From contig JBJMMA010000245.1 of NCBI GenBank assembly GCA_045805065.1, positions 1 through 22,892 of the forward strand: a stretch of 22,892 nt of DNA. Direction: 5' to 3'. Below, one piece after another: positions 15,581-22,892 of this stretch. The notes below the pieces were generated by a model, which was given only the letters and a program-made list of their open reading frames with translations, was not told where the DNA came from and searched no databases. Numbering within the stretch: the stretch's first letter is position 1; every line of letters begins with the position of its first letter. The DNA is from Bdellovibrionia bacterium (GTDB taxonomy: Bacteria > Bdellovibrionota > UBA1018). The position numbers and the translations under genes were made by a program.

Positions 15581-16691
15581 GCGCGTTTTGATTTCAGGCG
15601 GCGGCGGATATCTTGGATTCCGCACGGCTCTTAAATATCTTCAAGACTCCGACGCACGCGTGGTCCTTACGGTTCACGCCAAGGATCAAGACGAGCTTGC
15701 GCACAAGTCCGAGCCACTTCTTCAGGCTGCCGGTCAGTATGCAGACCGGGTGGAGCCCGTGAGATTTGAGCTCGAGGAAGAAGAGCCACTTCGTGAGCTT
15801 GACCCATCCAGCATTGACGAAATCATCCATAGCGCAGCGGTGACGCGCTTTAATGTCGAAGCGGATGTCGCCCAAACCGTCAATATCAACGGCACTGAGA
15901 AAGTCATGAAGTTTGCTTCTCAATGCCCGAGACTTCAGTCGTTCGGGCTCTTAAGCAGCATTTACGCCTCAGGGCTCCGTAAAGGAGAAATCCTTGAGAC
16001 CAGGCTGAATGATAGTGAAGGCTTTGCCAATCACTATGAGCTCTCCAAATGGTCGGGCGAAGAGCTCCTCTTCAAAAAATACGAAAGCCTTCCCTGGAAG
16101 GTTTTTCGCATCGCCACCGTTCTTGCGGACCGGGACGATGGTCTGACCATCCAGCAAAACGCCGTGCACAACACGCTCAAGCTCTTCTACTATGGATTGA
16201 TCTCTCTGATCCCTGGATCGCCAGAGACCCCAGTCTACCTGGTCAATGGTGACTTTGTTGCGCAATCCGTGTTTGAGGGAATGCAAAGCTTCCCACAAAA
16301 GCAGATCTATCACGTTTGCCATGCGCGGGAGCACTCCATCCAGCTTGGGGAGCTCATTGATCTCGCGTACGAGACTTATTTGAAGGATCCTGCCTTTAAG
16401 AGTCGCCGCCTTTTGAAGCCCTTGTTCGCGGATGCGCAATCTTTCCATGCGCTCGTGAAAGGCGCGACGGAGTTTGGCGGAAATGTCCTTTCGCAGGCCG
16501 TCTCAAGCATTGCCCCTTTCGGGGTTCAGCTTTTCATCACGAAAGACGTGAAAAACAACGAACTCGTCTCGCGCCTGTCACATTATGCTCCGCCCAACCC
16601 TCAAGAACATGCAAGAAACACCTGCCAGTTTCTGGTAGAGTCCAAGTTCAAAAAACTTTCTTTAACCGACATTGTCGGAGGTGCTCAATGA
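15573..16691 (+). CDS. Extended SDR, thioester-reductase/fatty acyl reductase-like (NAD_binding_4 type)
   Basis: VLISGGGGYLG Rossmann motif, IIHSAAVTRF, NINGT, catalytic YELSK, FRIATV. Confidence 0.85.
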   Translation: MSKRVLISGGGGYLGFRTALKYLQDSDARVVLTVHAKDQDELAHKSEPLLQAAGQYADRVEPVRFELEEEEPLRELDPSSIDEIIHSAAVTRFNVEADVAQTVNINGTEKVMKFASQCPRLQSFGLLSSIYASGLRKGEILETRLNDSEGFANHYELSKWSGEELLFKKYESLPWKVFRIATVLADRDDGLTIQQNAVHNTLKLFYYGLISLIPGSPETPVYLVNGDFVAQSVFEGMQSFPQKQIYHVCHAREHSIQLGELIDLAYETYLKDPAFKSRRLLKPLFADAQSFHALVKGATEFGGNVLSQAVSSIAPFGVQLFITKDVKNNELVSRLSHYAPPNPQEHARNTCQFLVESKFKKLSLTDIVGGAQ

Positions 16692-17311
16692 GCGATCAGA
16701 CCATCCAACCCATCACCGAAAACGAGCGCTGGCTTCTGAGCTTTTACAGAACCTCAGAAATCAGCGGAGCGCTCTTCTTTGGCCGTCTGGCCAAGTCGCT
16801 TAAACCCGGCGCAATCCAGCATGACATGACCAAGCACTTTGCCGACGAAAGCCAGCACTCCTGGTACTGGACCGAGTGTCTGCAGACCCTTGGCTTTGAA
16901 CCCATCAAGCTCGACAACGCTTATCAGGACCAGTATGTCGCCGCTGGCGGGATGCCCGTCAACATCATGGAGATTCTGGCCATTACCCAGGTTTTTGAAA
17001 AACGTACCATCGGCCAATACGCGCTCCACCTCAATGCCCCAGGCACTCATCCTGTGATCAAGCAGACATTGAAGAAGATCATGGAAGACGAGAAATGGCA
17101 TATCCAATGGGTGGACAAGGCTCTTGAGTCACTGAGTGCTGAGTACGGCGCGGATCACATCAAGAAGACGCTTGAGCACTACCGCGCTGCTGACCAATCC
17201 GTTTATGAGAACAGCGTCAAGGAGCATCGCGAGCGAATCGAAGGTCTTTTTACGTACCGCCTGAAAAATGAAGAGAAATCTGACGAGATGAGCGAAGAGG
17301 AGAAAGTATGA
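16688..17311 (+). CDS. Ferritin-like diiron protein (second, 2-His/4-carboxylate pattern)
   Basis: RTSE ... ADESQH ... VFEKR ... EDEKWH give an E / DExxH / E / DExxH pattern; ATGA overlaps at both ends. Confidence 0.8.
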   Translation: MSDQTIQPITENERWLLSFYRTSEISGALFFGRLAKSLKPGAIQHDMTKHFADESQHSWYWTECLQTLGFEPIKLDNAYQDQYVAAGGMPVNIMEILAITQVFEKRTIGQYALHLNAPGTHPVIKQTLKKIMEDEKWHIQWVDKALESLSAEYGADHIKKTLEHYRAADQSVYENSVKEHRERIEGLFTYRLKNEEKSDEMSEEEKV

Positions 17312-17553
17312 GCTTCAACCGAAATGACGCTAAGGCGAAGATTGTGGAGTTTTTAAAGATCCCTGCGGCTCGCGTACAAGAGGACTCCCCTTTAGTTGAT
17401 CTCGTTGCTGAGTCCTTCATGCTCATCGAAATGGTGATTGAGCTTCAGGAAGCGTTCTCCCTGCGACTGAACCGTGAGGAGCTTGAAGAAATCAAAACCG
17501 TCGGACAGCTTTTAGATCTTCTCCAGGAGAAGAGCGCCGCAGCCGTTGGGTAA
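17308..17553 (+). CDS. Carrier protein 2 (acidic acyl carrier protein)
   Basis: 81 aa, acidic. DLVAESFMLIEMVIELQEAF..L..EELEEIKTVGQLLDLL aligns by eye with the ACP pattern DLGxDSL..E....E..F. Confidence 0.88.
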   Translation: MSFNRNDAKAKIVEFLKIPAARVQEDSPLVDLVAESFMLIEMVIELQEAFSLRLNREELEEIKTVGQLLDLLQEKSAAAVG

Positions 17554-17558
17554 ATTCG

Positions 17559-18254
17559 ATGACAACTCAACCTTCGAAAGACAGCATCGTACAGGTCAAA
17601 GACGTTCATCGGCGCTACCAGCTTGGCGCTACGACAGTGCACGCGCTCCGAGGAGCGAGCCTTGAGCTCAAGCGCGGTGACTTTACGGCTTTGATTGGAG
17701 CATCGGGCTCGGGAAAAAGCACGCTTTTGAACCTGATTGGATGCATCGATCATCCGGATCAGGGAAAGATCATCATCGATCAGGAAGACGTGGTCTCGCT
17801 CTCAGAGTCCGCTCAGGGAAATCTTAGAAACCGGAAGATCGGATTCATCTTTCAATCCTTCAACCTCGTTCCTGTTCTGAATGTCTTTGAGAATGTCGAG
17901 CTGCCTCTTTTGATTCAGCCCGAACTCTCTGAGTCAGAACGAAAAGAACGAGTCATGAACGCGATTCGAGACGTGGGCCTTGAAAGCTTTGCAAAGCAGA
18001 TTCCTGACCGGCTCTCAGGCGGTCAGCGCCAGCGCGTTGCAATCGCACGTGCGCTGGTTGTGAACCCGAAGCTTGTCTTGGCAGATGAGCCCACGGCCAA
18101 TCTTGATTCAGAGACTGCGCACAAGATCATCGATCTTCTGCTTGAGCTCAACACCAAGCGCCAGGTCACGTTTCTTTTCTCCACTCACGATGAGAAGCTC
18201 ATCGGACGCGTCAATCGTATCGTGAGAATCCAAGACGGTGTGATTGTCGAATGA
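17559..18254 (+). CDS. ABC transporter ATP-binding protein (LolD/MacB-type)
   Basis: Walker A GASGSGKST, IGFIFQSFNL, signature LSGGQRQRVAIARAL, Walker B LADEPTANLD, STHD. Confidence 0.96.
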   Translation: MTTQPSKDSIVQVKDVHRRYQLGATTVHALRGASLELKRGDFTALIGASGSGKSTLLNLIGCIDHPDQGKIIIDQEDVVSLSESAQGNLRNRKIGFIFQSFNLVPVLNVFENVELPLLIQPELSESERKERVMNAIRDVGLESFAKQIPDRLSGGQRQRVAIARALVVNPKLVLADEPTANLDSETAHKIIDLLLELNTKRQVTFLFSTHDEKLIGRVNRIVRIQDGVIVE

Positions 18255-19621
18255 GCTTCTCATCTTCTTCCAAAATATCTTTGAATCACTCTTGGAAACT
18301 CTCCTGGAGAAATCTCGGCAGGAATCGCAGGCGAAACCTGGCGACAGGAGCTGCCATTGCCTTTGGTTACGCTGGCCTCCTGCTCTTGGGAGGCTACATT
18401 GTCCGCGTGGAGCATTACCTGCGCGTGAACTCCGTCTATTTGAACCACTCAGGCCATGTTTCGATCTATCGCAAGGACGGACTGGAGCGGCACCTCACCA
18501 AGCCCTCTCGCTACAATCTCAAGCCTGAAGAACAGGCACGTATCCTCGAGCTCGTCTCCAAAGACTCTGAAATCGAATTTATCGGAAAATATCTGAAGGG
18601 CGCTGGCCTTGCCGGCAATGGATGCAAATCCTATCCATTTCTTGCCACCGGTATTGATACGAGCGTTGAGAAAACCATCCATGAGCATCCTGAAGTGATC
18701 GAATGGGTGCCGGAACTCAACGTCTCTCCCGAATTGCAATCTGACTCCGTAGCTCTGACTTCAGGCCTGGCAAGACTTCTTGGAAAGCCGCGGGTCCACT
18801 CTGAAGTCCCGCAGGAGTCGCGCTCCGTTGCTCAGACTCAGAATTGTTCAAGCCCTGATGTGTCCAAAGACCTCGCAAAAGATGCGAACATCCAATTGGC
18901 GGGACGCACAGTTCATGGAGACTTCTCCGCGGTCGATGCCGAGATCACAAGCCATTATTCGACTGGGCTTGCGCTGACCGAGGATAGCGGTCTTGTCGCC
19001 CCCCTTTCCATGCTTCAAAAGCTTTATGACACGGACTCGGTGACCTATATCGCGCTCTATTTGAAGCCAAACGTCTGGGTTCAATCCTATCTGAACCGTT
19101 TGAACGAACGACTTGCATCCACAGGACTTGAGTTATCGGTCTATGCTTACGATAGCGAGGACATCAGTCCTTTCTATGTCGGGGTCGTTAACTTTCTTCT
19201 CGTGATGGCAGGATTTTTCGTGTTCCTCGTCTTTGGAGTGGTGGCGCTTTCCATCATCAACTCACTTGCCATGAGTATTATCGAGCGGACTCGCGAGATC
19301 GGGACATTGCGCTCTCTGGGTTACTCCCGAGAGTCGATCGCAGGACTCTTTGCACGCGAAACCTTGATTCTTTCAGGAATCAGCCTGGCTTCAGGCTGGG
19401 CGCTTGCTCAGGCGATCTCCTGGGGAGTCAATTCGCTCAACATCCGCTTTGAGCCGCCCGGAATCGCAGACACCATGCAGTTCATGCTCAAGCCAAGCGC
19501 ACCTCTTTGCGCAGGGCTGGCTTTTGTGATTTTAATTCTGTCTTATTTGACCGCACGCCAAACAGCGATGATCCGAACCAAGCAAAGAGTCGCTGAACTC
19601 CTGACGAGCGGAACAGGCTGA
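18251..19621 (+). CDS. ABC transporter permease (LolC/E-, FtsX-like) 1
   Basis: LSWRNLGRNRRR N-terminus, one TM, a large periplasmic domain, then ERTREIGTLRSLGYSR and C-terminal TMs. Confidence 0.92.
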   Translation: MSFSSSSKISLNHSWKLSWRNLGRNRRRNLATGAAIAFGYAGLLLLGGYIVRVEHYLRVNSVYLNHSGHVSIYRKDGLERHLTKPSRYNLKPEEQARILELVSKDSEIEFIGKYLKGAGLAGNGCKSYPFLATGIDTSVEKTIHEHPEVIEWVPELNVSPELQSDSVALTSGLARLLGKPRVHSEVPQESRSVAQTQNCSSPDVSKDLAKDANIQLAGRTVHGDFSAVDAEITSHYSTGLALTEDSGLVAPLSMLQKLYDTDSVTYIALYLKPNVWVQSYLNRLNERLASTGLELSVYAYDSEDISPFYVGVVNFLLVMAGFFVFLVFGVVALSIINSLAMSIIERTREIGTLRSLGYSRESIAGLFARETLILSGISLASGWALAQAISWGVNSLNIRFEPPGIADTMQFMLKPSAPLCAGLAFVILILSYLTARQTAMIRTKQRVAELLTSGTG

Positions 19622-19638
19622 TAAAAGGAAGAACCTCT

Positions 19639-20379
19639 ATGAACAACAAATCAAAACTTGCGGCACTTGTCTTGAGTTTGAGTTCCCTTGCGCACGCGGC
19701 AACCCCGAGCGCCACAGATCTTTTAAAAAGCGCGGATCGCGCTCGTGGCGGATTGGTGAATGGCCTGGAGTGGACCGTAAACATCGAAAGTGTTGAGGAT
19801 GGTGACAAATCCAATCGCACCTTTCAGGTTCGCGCGCTTGATATCAACGCTCTTGTTCAGGCCGTAGCTCCAGCAAGAAATAAAGGCGAAGTCTTCCTCT
19901 TTAATGATCATGACCTTTGGTTTGCCAGGCCGGGCCTGAAGAAACCGGTCGCGATTTCCGCGCGTCAGCGCCTCACCGGTCAGGCTGCGAACGGGGATAT
20001 CGCCTCAACCCACTATTCAAGAGATTATAGCGCCACCGTCGAGAGCAAGGGCGCAGTCAATGGTGAACCTGTCACGATTCTCAAGCTCAAGGCGAAAGAT
20101 CCTAAAGTCACCTATGACCAGATTCGCTACTTTGTGAGCGACAAGCGAGGACTGGCCCTTAAAGCTGAGTTCATGACGCTTCAAGGTGAAGTCATGAAAA
20201 CGGCTACCTTCGAGTATGGGAATCAGATCGCCTCTGGCTCAGAGCATTTCCCATTTGTGAGCAAAATGACGATTCGCGATGCCAAGATCCCAGAAAATGT
20301 GAGTGTGATTCAATACACGGATCCCCAAGTCAAAGCGACGTCGCCATCTCTTTTCAACGTGAACAACTTAACCAGGTAA
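19639..20379 (+). CDS. Outer-membrane lipoprotein-sorting (LolA-like) periplasmic protein
   Basis: Signal peptide ending LAHA, LLKSADRAR, ISARQRLTGQAANGDIA, TYDQIRYFV..LALKAEF; located between two LolC/E-like permeases. Confidence 0.85.
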   Translation: MNNKSKLAALVLSLSSLAHAATPSATDLLKSADRARGGLVNGLEWTVNIESVEDGDKSNRTFQVRALDINALVQAVAPARNKGEVFLFNDHDLWFARPGLKKPVAISARQRLTGQAANGDIASTHYSRDYSATVESKGAVNGEPVTILKLKAKDPKVTYDQIRYFVSDKRGLALKAEFMTLQGEVMKTATFEYGNQIASGSEHFPFVSKMTIRDAKIPENVSVIQYTDPQVKATSPSLFNVNNLTR

Positions 20380-20385
20380 TATCCC

Positions 20386-21717
20386 ATGCTGTCTTTCTTT
20401 AGAATTGCTTGGAGAAACGCGACCCTGAATTGGCGCCATAGCCTGATGGCGATCATTTCGGTCGCGGCTGGCTTTGTGTCTCTGAGCATTTTTCAGAACT
20501 ACATGCTGGACGTGAAACACATGTACGTGAAGACGTACGAACAGCGTTTCATGTACGGACAGCTGATAGTCGAGAAGAAAGGCGCGCAGCAAAACCGCGG
20601 TATAGATTCGCCAGCGCCCGAGCTCAATGAACTCGACGTGCGGGAGCAGGCCTGGATTGCGAACTATCTAAGCTCTCATCCCAGTGAGGTGCAGAAATCC
20701 GTACGCTTTCTCAAAGTCTTTGGCATGATCGGTAACGGATCCGCTAACACGATTTTCTCTGGCTATGGCTACGATATTCAAAACGGTGCCGAGCTCAGAA
20801 AGCCGAACTGGGAATGGAACACTCTTGCCGGAAAGCCGTTGCAACTTTCCCCTCAACCCAACGGCATTGTTCTCGGGGTAAGCCTTGCTTCGATCTTGGG
20901 TTGTGAACCTGAGCAGAAGTCTCACTACCTCAATGGCCAGGGAGGCTATGAGGCGATCGAGCGGCCTTTCAAATGCCGGCAGACCGGCGATTTTCAACTC
21001 AATGTCGCGACCGAATCGGGTCAGGCTAACGCTCTCACGGGTTCGTTGGTGGGAATCATCGATGCGGCCTACAAAGATCTCGACACAAAGTTTGTCGCCA
21101 TGCCGTTAGAAATGGCTCAAACCCTGATGGCGACCCAGAAACTGAGCTACATCTCCGTTCAGCTCTCCGATTCAACCGATGCTTTGTCCTTTGCTAATAA
21201 AATGAGAGCAGATGCCTCTGGGGCTGGAATCCAACTCGATGTCACCCGTTGGCAGGATCATCCGGACGGCGATCTCTATGTGCGCACGATGAGCCTTCTG
21301 ACGATTTTCAGAAACTTCGTCGTTGCTGTCATCCTGGTCATCGCAGGCCTTTCTGTTCTCAGCACGATGATCAAGATCGTGACCGAGCGCACACGCGAGA
21401 TCGGCACACTGAGAAGCATGGGTTACTCTCGCCACCAAGTTCTGGCCTTGTTCGCCTTGGAAGTCTTCCTGCTTTCTGTCATTGGAATCGCAACAGGACT
21501 TCTGACAGCGCTCGCGTCATCCTGGGCGATTAACCTCATTGGCCTTACCTACAAGGCCGGCATGCTCACAGAGCCTGTACCGTTTCGTGTGGCTTTCTCG
21601 GCGCCCATTTACATCTCAAGTGCGGTTTTTCTGGTTGTGATCGCAACCCTTGCGGCCGTCGTCCCGGCGTATCAAGCGACAGGACGAAGAGTTTCGGAAT
21701 TGCTCACCCATGTTTAA
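20386..21717 (+). CDS. ABC transporter permease (LolC/E-, FtsX-like) 2
   Basis: IAWRNATLNWRHS and ERTREIGTLRSMGYSR; same topology as permease 1. Confidence 0.92.
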   Translation: MLSFFRIAWRNATLNWRHSLMAIISVAAGFVSLSIFQNYMLDVKHMYVKTYEQRFMYGQLIVEKKGAQQNRGIDSPAPELNELDVREQAWIANYLSSHPSEVQKSVRFLKVFGMIGNGSANTIFSGYGYDIQNGAELRKPNWEWNTLAGKPLQLSPQPNGIVLGVSLASILGCEPEQKSHYLNGQGGYEAIERPFKCRQTGDFQLNVATESGQANALTGSLVGIIDAAYKDLDTKFVAMPLEMAQTLMATQKLSYISVQLSDSTDALSFANKMRADASGAGIQLDVTRWQDHPDGDLYVRTMSLLTIFRNFVVAVILVIAGLSVLSTMIKIVTERTREIGTLRSMGYSRHQVLALFALEVFLLSVIGIATGLLTALASSWAINLIGLTYKAGMLTEPVPFRVAFSAPIYISSAVFLVVIATLAAVVPAYQATGRRVSELLTHV

Positions 21718-22892
21718 AGCGCCAACTCTTCCGCAGACTCTATTTTGCTTCTTGCTCTCGCTCGCAGCACTGAGTGCGGAAGCTCAGGCTGGCGAAGACT
21801 CTTCATTGAATTCTTCTTGGAAACTCGATGCGTCTTACGAAGGATATGGATCCGTTGTGGGATCGAGCATCAATTCATCGAGCGCAAATCCTGGGAACGG
21901 CGTTCTTCAAATTCCACAAAGCCAGGCAAGCGTGGATTCGCGTCCCTCTTTTACGCTTCAAAACCAGGACTCGATCAAACTGATCTTGCAGCCCCGTTGG
22001 CAGCTGGGTCCGAGCCTTACCACTTATAATGACCGCCCAGATGAGCGACACTTCCACAGTGAGCTGAGCCTGACCCAAGGATACGCGGCGGTCCAGCTCA
22101 GTGAGCAGTGGCTTTTTGCCGCTGGCGTGCAGAATTATCAGTGGGGCCCCGCTGAGCTCCTAACAGCGAGCAATCCGATGTCTCACTTTTCTGCGGGGCA
22201 AAGAAGTATTCTCTGGGTCGAAAAAGGTCATGGACTTGTCAGGCTCAATTTTTCGAGCGGGCAGAATATCTCAGCGGTTGTGATCGGCGATCTCTTTGAT
22301 AACAACCTCACGCCCGCCAACTCGGGCGGAACTTTCTCGCGCCTGGGTCTTGCCAAAGTCGAGTACCAGGTCTCGCCTGCTTCTTATGCGGGTTTGAGCG
22401 CTGGCTCAGGTGAGCACACCCAAACCTGGGTGGGAGAATATGGAAGCTTAGGCATCATTGACGGCCTTTCCATCTACGGCGACGCAAGACAGACGATCGG
22501 TAGCAACGCAGTCTATCTTGTCCCACGTGAGCGCTCGCTGGAGACGCTTGCGGACCTTGGAATCCGATTTGAAGACCGGGTCGATGCTCGCAGTGAAGTG
22601 ATCATCAATACCTATGGCTATGATCGACGTGAGTTCCAGCAACTCCTCTCTATTGCCAGCCAGTCGGGTCTTCTCTCCCAAGGATCTTCCCTTCCAGGTC
22701 TTGAGTTCCCCGGTAAAACTTATCTTTATGAGTCGGTCCGCTTGCCAGAAGTCGGCTATCAAAAGAGAATGACCCTGAACTTGCGCTACATTCATTCCCT
22801 GATGGATCAGTCGGGCGTGGTTTTCTTTAACGGCGATCAAGCACTCACCGATCATTTGAATGCGGTTTTTGAAATCAGTGTCAGCCGTGGAG
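21710..22892 (+). CDS. Probable outer-membrane beta-barrel protein, runs off the window
   Basis: Absent from the ORF track. Manual translation from ATG 21710 (8-nt overlap with permease 2) is open to the end: MFKAPTLPQTLFCFLLSLAALSAEAQAGEDSSLNSSWKLDASYEGYG...LTQGYAAVQLSEQWLFAAGVQNYQWGPAELLTASNPM... It shows a signal peptide, amphipathic beta-strands and a G.Q...WG.....P segment seen in porin-like barrels. Confidence 0.8.
   Translation, partial: MFKAPTLPQTLFCFLLSLAALSAEAQAGEDSSLNSSWKLDASYEGYGSVVGSSINSSSANPGNGVLQIPQSQASVDSRPSFTLQNQDSIKLILQPRWQLGPSLTTYNDRPDERHFHSELSLTQGYAAVQLSEQWLFAAGVQNYQWGPAELLTASNPMSHFSAGQRSILWVEKGHGLVRLNFSSGQNISAVVIGDLFDNNLTPANSGGTFSRLGLAKVEYQVSPASYAGLSAGSGEHTQTWVGEYGSLGIIDGLSIYGDARQTIGSNAVYLVPRERSLETLADLGIRFEDRVDARSEVIINTYGYDRREFQQLLSIASQSGLLSQGSSLPGLEFPGKTYLYESVRLPEVGYQKRMTLNLRYIHSLMDQSGVVFFNGDQALTDHLNAVFEISVSRG

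Noticed and set aside
19280..21432. DNA similarity between the two permease genes as a mobile repeat
   Set aside because: Explained by the conserved ERTREIGTLRSxGYSR protein motif in paralogs.
21745..22855. Short ORFs 21745..22029, 21875..22078 and 22448..22855
   Set aside because: All lie within the longer open frame starting at 21710, which has a signal peptide and operon-style overlap.

Overview
Gene-dense bacterial window from a Gram-negative organism. The gene types and promoter style suggest a Bdellovibrionota/deltaproteobacteria-like genome, but this is inference. The left 10 kb holds envelope, regulatory and accessory genes: a partial Wzm-type ABC permease, an SH3-like/beta-barrel outer-membrane protein, a transglutaminase-like secreted protein, TerC, an orphan histidine kinase, a cNMP-binding protein, separate mannose-1-phosphate guanylyltransferase and cupin genes, a SPOR protein and an alpha/beta-hydrolase lipoprotein. 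From about 10.37 kb to the window end runs one tightly coupled + strand operon of at least 14 genes that looks like an NRPS/PKS-independent biosynthetic cluster. It encodes an acyl-CoA/AMP ligase, an ICMT-family methyltransferase, a KAS III-like enzyme with a non-canonical Cys-His-Asp-type site, an AurF-like diiron oxygenase, a carrier protein, a seryl-tRNA-synthetase-like amino acid:carrier-protein ligase, a thioester-reductase-like SDR, a second ferritin-like diiron protein and a second carrier protein. These are followed by a dedicated LolCDE-like ABC transporter, a LolA-like protein and an outer-membrane barrel. The likely product is an exported, oxidised and methylated fatty acyl-amino acid lipid, and I cannot match the cluster to a pathway I know. 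Non-coding signals include a candidate structured sRNA (about 4882-5004), a 31-bp palindromic repeat found twice, a tandem hairpin pair with a compensatory base change, several sigma54-like promoters and a probable leaderless transcript. All calls come from reading motifs by eye; no database searches were run.
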